Assembly (NCBI RefSeq): GCF_001194135.2
Contig: NC_068996.1
Location: forward strand, 9,874,873-9,929,110
Source of the DNA: Octopus bimaculoides
Lineage: Eukaryota
Reading direction: 5' to 3'
DNA: 54,238 nt
Numbering within the stretch: position 1 is the stretch's first letter; each line of letters begins with the position of its first letter. The notes beneath the pieces were generated by a model, which did not search any database, was not told the DNA's origin, and was given only the letters and a program-made list of their open reading frames with translations. Of the stretch, positions 1 to 11,484 are shown in pieces. Made by a program: the position numbers and the translations under genes.

Positions 1-216
1 AGGAAAAGATTTTCATGGTTGTCATTGTCCGTTATTGGAATCAGGTTAGGAAAAGATTTTCATGGTTGTCATTGTCCGTTATTGGAATCAGGTTAGTAAA
101 AGATTTTCATGGTTGTCATTGTCTGTTATTGGAATCAGGTTAGGAAAAGATTTTCATGGTTGTCATTGTCCGTTATTGGAATCAGGTTAGGAAAAGATTT
201 TCATGGTTGTCATTGT
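1..216. repeat. 47-bp minisatellite, about 4.6 copies, cut by the window start
   Basis: Unit aggaaaagattttcatggttgtcattgtccgttattggaatcaggtt starts at 1, 48, 95, 142 and 189. Confidence 0.95.
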
Positions 217-459
217 TGTTGTTATTGTTAAATATATTATATTTCTGGTTATATCAAATTCTGCAGGTGGTCACTTACATACAAAACAGTTCCTCATGTA
301 CCAAAAAGACTACATATATACATGTGAAAACAGTTATTTGTGTTCAAAGGTCATGGAGAAGAGCAGCAAGCCCTCATGACACAATATATATATATTGTGT
401 TATGAAGTTGTGGTATTGTGTTATAAATCCATGTGGTTTCAGGTTTCATTCCTCTATTC

Positions 460-935
460 CAGGGGTTACCAAACTTTTTTTCACGGTGGACTAGATAGCT
501 GAGAGAATGATGAGCACAGGCCACATAACCATTTTGTTCACTACAATACAGTGAATACACAAAAAATAAAGACAACCAACATATTTATTTACCAAAAAGT
601 TATCAAAGAAGACAATGTTACCAATAAGATAGTTATATCACAACCAATGCACACAAACTAAGCAGCAAAAAAAGGTTTGCGAGATTTGTGAAACTGATGC
701 TTAGCTTTTAAGATATCATCAATATTTGCTTTGGAATTGCTGCATCCAACCAAGAGAATTGCTTTCAAATTCTTCATTTTTGAAAATGTTTGCTCACAGA
801 TATAAGTTGTTTCAAACACTGATGCCATACCAGAGGTAAATGAGCTCTCATTGTAGGTACTTTACACAAAAGGTATAGTGCGGCAGCAGGTCAGATGAAC
901 TGACCTCACAGTTGTAGTTTGGTGACCCCCCACCA
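460..935 (-). mobile_element. Non-autonomous hAT (Charlie/SPIN-like) deletion derivative
   Basis: Left end CAGGGGTTACCAAACT and degenerate right end AGTTTGGTGACCCC; 8-bp TSD CTCTATTC at 452-459 and 936-943; minus strand at about 680-840 encodes SVFETTYICEQTFSKMK, a hAT dimerisation-domain motif. Confidence 0.85.
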
Positions 936-1547
936 CTCTATTCCATTGCATGGAACCTTGGGCAAATGTCAGACCAATGCTTTTTAAATGAAATTGGTTG
1001 ATTGGAAAGTGCACAGAAGTTTATTGTAAATATATGCATGGATGCTGGTGTCATGTAAAAAAAAACACTGGTGATGGTGCCATGTAAAAAGCACCCAGTC
1101 CACTCTAAAATGGTTGGCGTTAGGAAGGGCATCCGGCAGTAGAACCACACCGAAACAGACTATGGAGCCTAGTGTGGCTCCCAGGCTTATAGTGCCTGTC
1201 CATACCATGCCAGCATAGAAAACTGATTTTAAATTATTATTATAATGATGATGATGTGTATGCTTCAATTTTATTTTTACAAATAATATACAAGAAGACA
1301 CTTGTTCAAAGTACCACATCATGGGACTGAACCTGGGACCATGGGGTTGGGAAGCAAGCTGCTTACCACACAGCCGCACTTCTGCCTGCATGTGTGCATC
1401 TATTTTTGTAGAGAAGCAAGAATAGAACTGTGAAATGGCATGTTCAAAAATATGTCTCTGTAGTTACTTGAATTTGAAACTTATATCTTAGGTTTCGTGC
1501 ACTGATCCTTGTATAATAATAATAATAATAATAATAATCATAATAAT

Positions 1548-1765
1548 AATATTTTCTACTATAGGCACAAGTCCTGAAATTTAGAGGAAGGGGTCTAGTC
1601 AATTACATAGACCTCAGTGTACAACTGGTACTCAATTTATCAATCCCAAAAGATGGAAGGCAAAGTCGACCCACCAGAATTTGAATTCAGGATGTAAAGA
1701 CAGATGAAATGTCGTGAAACGTTTTGCCTGGCATGCTAATGATTCTGCCAGCTCACCACCATGAT
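1548..1765 (-). mobile_element. SINE family C copy (core ...gtcgactttgccttccatc...ataaattgagtaccag...); further copies near 12105-12265, 13740-13890, 14210-14370, 14405-14630, 16570-16735, 19965-20120, 39290-39800, 50655-50850, 50920-51115
   Basis: Recurrent ~220-bp unit containing a gagttcaaatt B-box-like motif, a conserved core and a short AAT-type tail. Confidence 0.75.
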
Positions 1766-1911
1766 AATAATAATAATAATAATAATAACTGCAATTACAA
1801 ATCACATATAAAGACAACTGCAATATCAAATTGATAATTACAATTACCTCTAAATGATGTACTTCACCTTCTCCATTATATATATATTTTTTTTCCTTAT
1901 TCTATTTTCAG

Positions 1912-1975
1912 CTTGATGAAGATGTCCGTGTTCTGTTGCAACGGTTTGATGCAGAGACGGCTGATGATTCTGAAG
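1912..1975 (+). CDS. BRE1: BRE1 exon (first in window) LDEDVRVLLQRFDAETADDSE(G)
   Basis: tttcag acceptor, G|gttagt donor; resembles the N-terminal BRE1 motif QFDENIRIILKRYD (from memory); phase 1 fits the next exon. Confidence 0.88.
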
Positions 1976-2966
1976 GTTAGTTTATTGTTCTGATCATTGA
2001 TCAGTATATCTTTATTTGAAAATTCAGCTGTAGCATGACCTTAGCTGTTATGGTTTAAACGACATAAAGAATTAGAAAAAAACCCAAAATTAAGTTAAAC
2101 ATTTCTATTAGTGCTAAAACTTGTTTTCTCATACCCTTAACTCCACACTAACATACAGAAGCATTATCTTTCTTCTATGGGTTTGTTGACCTGTGAGCTA
2201 TATAGTGACCTCAATAGTGCCAGTGGTACAAAAAAGGCACCCAGTCCACTCTCTAAAAGCGTTCGCTTTAGGAAGTGCATCCAGCTATAAAAAACATGTC
2301 AAAGCTGATCTCACCGATGCTTGTACCATGTGAAAAACATCCATTCCACTTTGTAAAATGGTTCATGTTAGAAAGGCATTCGGCTTTAAAAACCATACCG
2401 AAGCAGACAACAGAGCCTGGTGCAGTCCTCTGATTTACCAACTCCGGTCAAGCAGTCCGAACCATGCCACCATAGAAGACAGACATTAAATGATGATGAT
2501 ATATATATATATATATAACATAGAGATGTATGTGTATTCACTTTTCACGTGAAATTTAAATACTCAGTTTTCACAAATTTAAATATTCAATACAAGATAG
2601 TTTTTAATATGCTTTTATTTGTACGATTTTTTCCATTCTATGTTTATCTCATTCATTGTTTGCAATGTTCTCTCTCTCTCACACACACACACATAGACTC
2701 TCTTCAGGTTTGATTTTATTCTGAACTCACACACTCTTCATTAATTTCCGTAAAAATTCATTATTCATTTTCTTTTTGCACACCGTGTATTTTTGTATGT
2801 ACGTTTGTATAGATTCATGTACGTGAGTGAAGTGGGTGTGTTGTCATGTATACGTACAGACGTAAATACATTTGCATACATCTTTTTTGTATATATGTGT
2901 GTGTGAGAGAGAGAGTGATGTCTAAGTGGCATATGTGTGTGTGTGTGTAAACAAGAAAGTTACCAA

Positions 2967-3435
2967 TAAGACCTTCGTACATTGGGCCTCACCGAGGCGA
3001 TGACTACTGACCGAGACCTTTGGAAATGTGCTGTGCGTGAGAAGACCCGGCAAGCCAAGTAAGATCGTTGCCAGTGCCCCTGGACTGGTTCTTGTGCGGG
3101 TGGCACATGAGATGCACCATTTTGAGCGTGGCCGTTGCCAGTACCGCCTGACTGGCTCCCGTAGGATTTTCGAGCGAGATCGTTGCCAGTGCCCCTGGAC
3201 TGGCTTGTGCGGGTGGCACATAAAAGACACCATTTCGAGCGTGGCCGTTTTCGTGCGGGTGACACGTAAAAGCACCCACTACACTCTGAGTGGTTGGCAT
3301 TAGGAAGGGCATCCAGCTGTAGAAACTCTGTCAAATCAGATTGGAGCCTGGTGTTGCCATCCGGTTTCACCAGTCCTCAGTCAAATCGTCCAACCCATGC
3401 TAGCATGGAAAGCGGACGTTAAACGATGATGATGA
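2967..3435 (+). mobile_element. 5'-truncated RTE-type LINE (ORF C-terminus plus 3'UTR and (GAT)n tail); family B
   Basis: Encodes DLRTLGLTEAMTTDRDLWKCAVREKTRQAK*, homologous to the ORF end of the long copy at 30163-33139; ends ccatgctagcatggaaagcggacgttaaacgatgatgat. Confidence 0.88.
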
Positions 3436-3696
3436 ATAGGATGGTGTTGCTAAAAAAAGAAGTGCTTTATAATATATATTGTACTCAAGTTACAAAGGCA
3501 CTCCCTTGTTATTCTCTGTATTAGAAATTTAATGAACTGGTAATTGGCTGTTGCAAACCTGCTACCAACAGAACTAGTGTCTCTGCAAAATGCATGATAT
3601 AAATTGAGAGAAAAAGAAACGCTGATATTTGTTTGTTTTTGTATCAGTAGCATTTAACGTTTTTATTTATACATGTAATATGTTATCTTATTATAG

Positions 3697-4026
3697 GCGA
3701 AACTCCAGAGACAACATCATTTCTCACATTGCTCTCGACCTGGGATAAAGATGAGCTTGGACAAAAGCTTGGACAGCGAGTCGAGTTCTCCAAGCGTGCC
3801 ATTGGCCGGCTACTGCAAGCGTTTGACCGATTGGTGCTGCGCAACGAGCGGCTACAGCGTGCACTTCGGGAGCACGTTCTTGCATCAGCAACTGACTCAA
3901 TGGCCGACGACGAGAAACCGCCAGCTCCACCTCCACCGCCTCCACCACCACCACCACCATCATCGGAGACATCAGCGACGGGTGGCAATGATGCTGTGGA
4001 TATGAAAAAGCCCAAACTGGAACCAG
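3697..4026 (+). CDS. BRE1: BRE1 exon (G)ETPETTSFLTLLSTWDKDELGQKLGQRVEFSKRAIGRLL...poly-Pro...KKPKLEP
   Basis: ttatag acceptor, G|gtatgg donor; in frame with ORF 3729..4142. Confidence 0.93.
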
Positions 4027-5081
4027 GTATGGGGATCTTACCTACCCACCCATCCACACATCATCTCTTTTATCTTTATCCTGCTGCTCTTCACCCTGCT
4101 ATATTGCCATTCACCTGCTTCCCAACTCATATCTACCATTGAGTACCCTTCCATCACTCGCTACATTCACCCCTATACCTTTCCCATCTACCCTTCCCAA
4201 CCTTCTCTCCAACTCTTATTTTTGACATCCATCCTCTGCCCTCAACACTTTTCTGTCAGTCTCTACATTTGCACCCTACCCCATTTCTTACCATCTCTCA
4301 CTCTCCATACACTCTGGCTTAACTCTATCCGGCCTCCCTTTCCAGCCTTACCTTACACCACCATCTTAATTTTATTTTATTTGTTTATTTTTTTAACTTC
4401 ACTGATTACTCCTTCCCATTCTTGTACAATGGAAGCAGACATGTATCTCTTCTACTGCAAGAAATCTGTTCCAGCCCCTTCCTTTGACTTTGCTCTGACA
4501 TTTCATTACCTAGCTTAAAACTGCTTCCTTTTACTGTAGCCCTGTCCAGCCATTGAGGATCTTAATCTTGCAAGCTACATAACCTCACAATTACCCTGAA
4601 AAAACAAACACCCAGTTACATTATGTAAAATGGTTGGTGTTAAGAAGGGCATCAAGCCATAGAAGTCATGCCAAAGCTGACATTGGAGCTTGACATCAGG
4701 CAGATAGATGTTAAGAGATGATTAAGCTGATGATATATGCATATGTTTGTGTGTTTGTGCACATGTGTGCACATGTGTGCATGCATGTGTGTGATAGGCA
4801 TTCAGACAGTAATAACAAGGTCTATTATCGCTGTGCCTTGTGTGGCTTTCTGCTACATTCACCATTGAACTGGCCCAAATTGAACAATAATCTAGAATTG
4901 GGTTCATGCAAGGCAAGTCTATGACATCCATGATGACCTTTGCATGTTTCCATGTTGCCTTGTAACAAGAAAAGCACTAATCAATGTACCAAACTGAGGT
5001 ATTGGTTTATAAATAATTACAGAAATTAAGACAATGACTCAAAATTGTTATAATGTCTTGTTGTTGAGATGGGTTCTCTTT

Positions 5082-5166
5082 CTTTCCTGATGAGAAGATT
5101 ACATTATTTTACCCCGTTTATTCCTTTGGAATAAAACCAATGTTGTCTTCGAAACATGTCGAAAGT
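5082..5166 (+). ncRNA. Type I hammerhead ribozyme motif with palindromic minimal helix III
   Basis: CTTTC-CTGATGA-GAAGAT-[46 nt with internal hairpin]-GTCTTC-GAAA-C-AT-G-TC-GAAAG: stems I and II pair, core intact, GUC cleavage triplet. Activity untested. Confidence 0.75.
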
Positions 5167-5367
5167 AAAAGAATTTGAATAACATCTGCGTTTAACTCCA
5201 TTTATTTACTTATACTATACAAATTACTGCACATTAACCCGGAGTTTCTACCTTTGAATAGGTCGCTACATCCTTGTTACTTGCGTGAATTTTGCTACCC
5301 TGGTAATTGTTTATTGAATTTTCCATGTTAACTGTAAACAAAGGGTAATTCATTCATCCATTTATAC

Positions 5368-5890
5368 ATTAAGGTACTACATGAGTACTTATATCGCTAA
5401 AAATAGAAGTCAGAAAATACTTCTGTACCACTGAATAGTCACAAATCTTGTTACAGACATGATCGGAAAAAATATCAGTAAACAATAATAATGTCTTACC
5501 TCTACTGGGTCAGAACAAGTAAATGCTGGTCAACTTGTTACCGGTTTTGAAATTTAGCGCCAAATAGGTTCTTGATTTCTCATCAGCCAAAGTTTACCAG
5601 CAAAATTACTACTAACATTCTCCCTCATCATGCCTGCAAAAGTTCGTTTGAAGTGAGCAAGCACTATAGGAACAAGCGAAATGTGTAAAATTATTTATAA
5701 ATAAATATAGGGATGGTATTATTAAAATACTAACATGAGTGGTAAGCGAATTATCAGCCATGCAGGCAAATTAATAAAATATATACATACAATATTATAT
5801 ATGTACACAAGGGTACTAAATGAGTACCTATGTTTATTTTTTGACTTCTGTTTTTAGCGATATAGGTACTCATGTAGTACCCTTGTGTAT
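5368..5890. mobile_element. MITE-like element with ~48-bp TIRs and an extra internal TIR copy
   Basis: aaggtactacatgagtacttatatcgctaaaaatagaagtc (about 5371) is the near reverse complement of 5843-5885; a further left-type copy lies at 5805-5832. Confidence 0.7.
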
Positions 5891-6134
5891 ATATGTACAC
5901 ATCTAATATTGTGTGTATATATTTTATTAATTTGCCTGTATGGCTGATAATTCTCTTACTACTCGTGTTGGTAATTTAATAATACCATCCCTATATTTAT
6001 ATATATATATATATATATATNNNNNNNNNNNNNNNNNNNNNNNNNNNNNNNNNNNNNNNNNNNNNNNNNNNNNNNNNNNNNNNNNNNNNNNNNNNNNNNN
6101 NNNNNNNNNNNNNNNNNNNNNNNNNNNNNNNNNN

Positions 6135-6360
6135 NTATATATGTACATACCTTCATCCACATGTACATATAGATACATATCTGGGTACATGACATTTCTA
6201 AAGAACATGGACAAAATGATAAACAAGGTACAACAAACAAGCAGGTCACATAGAGAACATATTCTTCATCAGCTGCCACCATTAAAACACCGGCGTTTCG
6301 AAGAGTTAGGGCAGTACGCATCGTTAAAATGGCTCTTCCCACGAACACACTTTAAATTTT
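6135..6360 (-). mobile_element. Dispersed repeat fragment, possibly a Penelope-like terminal region; second copy in the opposite orientation at about 33370-33545
   Basis: 6140-6285 is the reverse complement of about 33400-33545; contains ggcagctgatgaag and ttcgaaacgc motifs. Confidence 0.5.
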
Positions 6361-6928
6361 TTTCATGGAGGATAGTGGCGGACGGAAAAGAAGACAGGAA
6401 ACACACACACACATATATATATATAGTGACAGGGGAGGTAACTACCCCATGACCGTCTTAAGGATCAACCAGATTAGGTCTCGTTTCACCTGTATATATA
6501 CATATATATATAGGTGTAGGCATAGCTACCTAGGGTTTCTGATTCAGTCCCACTGCATGGCATCTTGATCAAGAGTCTGACCAAAGCCTTGTGAACGGAT
6601 TTGGTAGGCAGAAAATGTAAAACTTTTCATTGTACATGTTTGTATGTGAGTGTATATATATTTTTATTTTTATATATACACACTCATTCATGTGTGTATC
6701 TATTATTGTATTCTTTTTGCTTTGTTGGCAGTGAGTTCTTCAGTTAGATATGAAAGTATGTTGACAAGGGTTAATTAGTTGATTAATCTTCTCTTTGTAG
6801 TCTGCAATTTGATTTCATTTTAAACTGTTTTATTTTCGTTATCTTCATTTATTATATTTTTAGATTTATATGTTCCTTTGTTTGAGATTGAACCCACACT
6901 ATTTTCATATAGATTACAGTTTCATATA

Positions 6929-7490
6929 CTCTTTACTCTTGACTTCTTTCAGTCATTTGACTGCGGCCATGCTGGAGCACCACCTTTGGTCGAGCAAATC
7001 GACCCCAAGACTTATTCTTTGGAAGCCTAATACTCGGCAGTCTCTTTTGCCGAACCACTAGGTTACGGGTACATAAACACACCAGCATCGGTTGTCAAGC
7101 GATGTTGAGGGAACAAACACAGACACACACATACATCATCATCGTTTAACGTCCGCCTTCCATGCTAGCATGGGTTGGACGATTTGACTGAGGACTGGTG
7201 AAACCGGATGGCAACACCAGGCTCCAATCTAATTTGGCAGAGTTTCTACAGCTGGATGCCCTTCCTAACGCCAACCACTCAGAGAGTATATATATATATA
7301 TATATATATATATNNNNNNNNNNTATACGACGGGCTTCTTTCAGTTTCCGTCTACCAAATCCACTCATAAGGCTTTGGTCGGCCCGAGGCTATAGTAGAA
7401 GACACTTGCCCAAGGTGCCACGCAGTGGGACTGAACCTGGAACCATGTAGTTGGTAAGCAAGCTACTTACCACACAGCCACTCCTGTGCC
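6929..7490 (-). mobile_element. tRNA-derived SINE family A with an RTE 3'-end fragment (7134-7287) nested at its (TA)n tract
   Basis: Head caggagtggctgtgtggtaag...ggttcagtccc (A/B boxes) and tail ...gactgaaagaagtcaagagtaaa on the minus strand; same family as 40981-41365. Confidence 0.85.
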
Positions 7491-7695
7491 TATTCATTTC
7501 CACCAAACCATTCTCATCTTCGTCAAGTAGAGAACAAAGGTTTGAATATTAGTTAGAAGAAACCAGTATTACTGCTGATGTATTGTAGAACTGAAGCCAT
7601 ATACCAGCAAGCTGAGTTCACAAGTCGGTTTTAGTTAGTCATAATTATAAGTTATTTCCCTTCACTTACATTTCTAAAACCATTGTGAAAAGCAT

Positions 7696-7858
7696 TACTG
7701 TATTTTTATTGTATTTTAACATAAGAAAAACCCAAAATTGGGGGCTTAAAATTTGGAAAAAAAAAGGTTTTGTAAGGAATTATAATGTTATTCATCAATA
7801 AGAAACTCCCATATTTTTTAACCTAATTTTTGACCAAAAAAAAGGGTTAAAATACAGT
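7696..7858. mobile_element. pogo/Tigger-like MITE; second, better-preserved copy inverted at 46582-46750
   Basis: TIR TACCGTATTTTAA/TTAAAATACGGTA at 46582 and 46750; internal sequence shared in reverse complement. Confidence 0.7.
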
Positions 7859-7915
7859 TAATTTACTCTCCCTTGTAAATTGTATTTGGTTAAAAATAAA
7901 TCAATGTTGTTACAG

Positions 7916-8214
7916 ATGCGACCGGTGCTACAAGAGGAGACAGTGTTGATACAAAACCAGACTACCTGGACACAGTTGTGAAGAAGGAACCAGGTGCATC
8001 TGATTCAGTGCATGATGACAACAATGCCAGTGATACAAACGATTGCAAACTACATTCAGACTCAGTCGATGTGAAAGTACCTGTAGGATGTACAACAACT
8101 CCAAGCCTTATCGATATATTGCATATGGATCTAGCTGATGCACTGCAACAAAACAAACAGTTGCATCAGTTGGTGACACAACTGCATCAGCGGCATCACG
8201 AGAACACTTTAAAG
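7916..8214 (+). CDS. BRE1: BRE1 exon (D)ATGATRGD...LQQNKQLHQLVTQLHQRHHENTLK
   Basis: ttacag acceptor, AAG|gtttgt donor; phase 1 to phase 0; in frame with ORF 7978. Confidence 0.92.
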
Positions 8215-8303
8215 GTTTGTGTTTACTTAATGTGTGTGTGTGTGTATTACCTTATAAGGTAATTCTTATAATTTTATGTACTTATAATAATATTAACTAA
8301 CTA

Positions 8304-8627
8304 ACTGGCACTGTGTCGGTTACAATGATGAGGGTTCCAGTTGATTCGATCAACGGAACAGCCTGCTCGTGAAATTAACATGAAAGCGGCTGAGCACTCC
8401 ACAGACACGTGTGCCCTTAACATAGATTTCGGGGATATTCAGCGTGACACAGAGTGTGACAAGGCTGGCCAATTTGAAATACAGATACTATTCATTTTTG
8501 CTGGTTGAGTGGACTGGAGCAATGTGAAATAAAGTGTCTTGCTCAAGGACACAATGCATCATTGGGAAATTGAACTCACGACCTTACGATCGTGGGCTGA
8601 ATGCCCCTAACCACTAAGCCACATGCT
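8304..8627 (-). mobile_element. tRNA-derived SINE family D (head + shared core + tail type 1)
   Basis: Head gtggcttagtggttagggg...gagttcaatt; core tgtgtccttgagcaagacacttt...gctccagtccactca. Confidence 0.8.
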
Positions 8628-8643
8628 TTGTCATAATAATACT

Positions 8644-8950
8644 AACCCTTTAGCATTTAAACTAGCTATATCTGTCCCAAATATCCTACCTGCTTTGTGT
8701 TCAAACCAGTATTAGGAAGGGCATCCAGCTGTAGAGACCAAGCCAAAATCAGACAGAAGCTTGGTACAGCTTTCTGGCTTACCAGTTCCGGTCAAACCGT
8801 CTAACCCATGCCAGCATGGAAAACAGACGCTAAATAATCATGGTGTTGAGATGATGATGATGATTGAAATTGCAAAGCTAAAAGATGATGTATGATTAAT
8901 TTAAAACAGTGTGAATCAATAAGCGTTACATTTGACAGAGTAATCAGATT
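8644..8950. mobile_element. TTAA/CCCTTTAGCATT-ended MITE (piggyBac-like), interrupted by an RTE fragment at 8710-8860; other copies at 17779-18150 (tandem pair), 36013-36055 and 39960-40520
   Basis: Ends taaccctttagcatt and gaatgctaaacggttaa; shared internal ctctca...ctacaatgtc...aacaatcacatc sequence. Confidence 0.7.
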
Positions 8951-9474
8951 ACAGAGTGGGAGTCTATAAGCAGTGATGCATATAAATGGAATGTTATTAC
9001 CAGTTTGAATATGCCAGTGGCACATTCGGACTTGGAAACAAACTATTCTCTGGGTTTTGTCATGGAGAAAATTTCTTGCTGCAGGTAAATGATGTAAATA
9101 GACCTAAATCAGCTTGCAGCGCCACCTATCCAGACTGTAAGTTGCAAGTATTTTGGAGTGGTTATCTCCCACCCCATAATTTGTTTATGGTGAGCTGCTG
9201 ATTATCACTATCAGTTGTACAATGATTGGAATAGCATAAGCTTGTCCAGTGTTTGCTTGCATGAAAAGGTAGTCACAAAATGATGAAAATGAAAGGAATT
9301 TGGCAACCAGAACTAATTGACAAATAATAATAATATTAAAAGAAGTTAAATAGTACCAGTGCATGTGTTTATTATTATTGGTATAATGACCCTCCCAAGA
9401 TACCACAAAATCTGTTTCATCAGGCAAGTTCACATCAAGAATCTTGCAAACCAAATACAATTATTTGTGTGTCT

Positions 9475-9775
9475 TGGGGTTCTTAACCATTTTTTTTACC
9501 TACAGACCCCCTTTGATTACTATCTTATTTGGGTAGCCATTCCTATGTTTAAAAACTAGTTTTATAGAAGCTTCTTTCAAAGTTCCCATTTCATTTTTAC
9601 CCATTAACTTGTGTAGGTTGCACTATGTAAAACGTCAGAGAAAGAAGCCTAGCTGTTTCTTGCAATACATAACCAATACATACATCTAATGCAAAATATT
9701 TTCAAGAGCCCTTAAAATACTTTTGTGGGTTCCCAATTTACCATTTTGTTGCATGAACCCTGGTTGAGAAACACC
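9475..9775. mobile_element. hAT-like MITE; inverted second copy at 25313-25598
   Basis: About 300 bp shared in reverse complement; end ggttgagaaacac resembles hAT CAGTGGTTCTCAAC termini (also seen at 23009). Confidence 0.65.
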
Positions 9776-10064
9776 AACCAAATCAATGAAATAGAAAAGA
9801 GAAAAGAAAAATGTTTTGAAATGTTTGACTTTTGTATTTTATCAATAAATCTATGGGAAAGAGTTAGATAAAGAGTGAAAGGTGAGAGGCTTCAGAGAAC
9901 TAGATCTTAGAAAAGTATTGGCTGAATAATTTTCTTAGTTACCAAAATCATTGTCTATACATTTGTGCGCTCATTGACAAGTTAGTGAGTTTTGTAGATG
10001 CAGTATATTCAGAGTTATATGTATTAACATATTAAAAGATTTTTTTCTCTTGTTTCTATTTTAG

Positions 10065-10283
10065 GCATCTGAATTACAAGATACAGTGACTGCTGCAGAA
10101 ACTTGCAATGCTGAACTGCGAAACAAAGTCGATGATTTGGAATATGATTATGAAAAAGCAGATCAGCGTGCCAGGAAGTTAGACCGACGACTAGCTGACA
10201 GTCTGCAGAAGTTGCGGGGCTACGAAGAAGACCCAGTGGTGCATGAAGGTGGCCGTACAATCTCGGGTGTTTCAAAGAATAAG
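10065..10283 (+). CDS. BRE1: BRE1 exon ASELQDTV...VSKNK
   Basis: ttttag acceptor, AAG|gtgagg donor; 73 codons of coiled-coil-like sequence. Confidence 0.93.
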
Positions 10284-10320
10284 GTGAGGGTATAAAAAAA
10301 AATATGCGTAAAGGTACAAG

Positions 10321-10872
10321 GGTGCAGGCATGGCTATATGGTAAGAAGCTTGCTTCCCAGCCACATGGTGCCTTGGTCTAGTGTCTTCTACTATAGCCTC
10401 TGTTCCACCAAAGCCTTGTGAGTGGATTTGGTAGATGGAAACTGAAAGAAGCCTGTCATATATATATATGCGGGTGACACGTAAAAGCACCCACTACACT
10501 CTGAGTGGTTGGCGTTAGGAAGGGCATCCAGCTGTAGAAACTCTGCCAAATTAGATTGGAGCCTGGTGTAGCCATCCGGTTGCACCAGTCCTCAGTCAAA
10601 TCGTCCAACCCATACTAGCATGGAAAGCGGACGTTAAACGATGATGATGATGATGTGCATATATCTATGTGTCTGTGTTTGTCCCCCCACCACTGCTTGA
10701 CAACTGGCATTGGTGTGTTTACATCCCCATAACTTAACAGTTCAGCAAAAGTGGGTGATAGAATAAGTACCATACTTTGCAAAATAAGGCCTGGGGTCGA
10801 TTTGTTTGACTGAAATCCTTCAACGTGATGTTTCAGCCTGGTTGCAGTCAAATGCTGAAACAAGTAAAAAAG
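10321..10872 (+). mobile_element. SINE family A with a nested RTE 3'-end fragment (10470-10655) at its (TA)n tract
   Basis: Same head and tail as 40981-41365; the insert ends in (GAT)n. Confidence 0.85.
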
Positions 10873-11152
10873 ATAGAACATTTTAAAATTTTCTTGAGTA
10901 TCAGTTGGTATGATTCTATCTAGAAACATTGAACTACTTAGATGCAACTAGCAAGTTGCTTATAGAGCTGTTTCAGCTCAATGAATTCTTGTTTCCTATC
11001 CAAATATGTGTAGCTAAAGTACATTACCCAAAGCAATATTCCTACATATATATATATATTTTTTTACTTTACCATTGTTATTTTTCTTTTGACTTCATTA
11101 GGGTAATTAGATTTACATTTGACAGATATTTGTCCTCATTTTGTTTGTTGTT

Positions 11153-11198
11153 AACACAACGTTTCGGCTGATATACCCTCCAGCCTTCATCAGGTGTC
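11153..11198 (-). ncRNA. Minimal type I hammerhead-like motif (intact core)
   Basis: Minus strand GACAC-CTGATGA-A-GGCTG-gagggtatat-CAGCC-GAAA-CG-TT-GTGTT. Confidence 0.65.
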
Positions 11199-11484
11199 TT
11201 GGGGAAATTTCAAACATGGGTTCCCATTCTTAAGGTATTTTTCAATGTTATTATTATTATTATTATTATTATTCAGGTCACTGCCTGGAATCGAACTCGG
11301 AATCTTGGGGTTAGTAGCCCATGCTCTTAACCACTATGCCATATGCCCATGGGCATGGTGGTTAAGAGCACAGGCTACTAACCCCAAGATTCCGAGTTCG
11401 ATTCCAGGCAGTGACCTGAATAATAATAATAGCAACCTCGAAAAATACCTTAGGAATGAAAACCCAGGTTTGAAATTTCTCCAA

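Noticed and set aside
1-216. CRISPR-like appearance of the 47-bp, 62-bp and 22-24 bp arrays
   Set aside because: There are no unique spacers, the context is eukaryotic and intronic or intergenic, and no cas genes are present
2960-3370. Recurrent ORFs beginning MKPDGNTRLQS...FLQLDALPNANHSE (also 7198, 10391, 16811, 19721, 23886) that look like a multicopy protein family
   Set aside because: They are antisense readings of the RTE 3'UTR (family B), with variable ends and frameshifts and no splice or domain support
11345-11420. Possible tRNA genes at SINE heads (here, 39690-39755, 40981, 51605)
   Set aside because: They lack a proper acceptor stem and a downstream poly-T terminator, and they continue into repeat bodies
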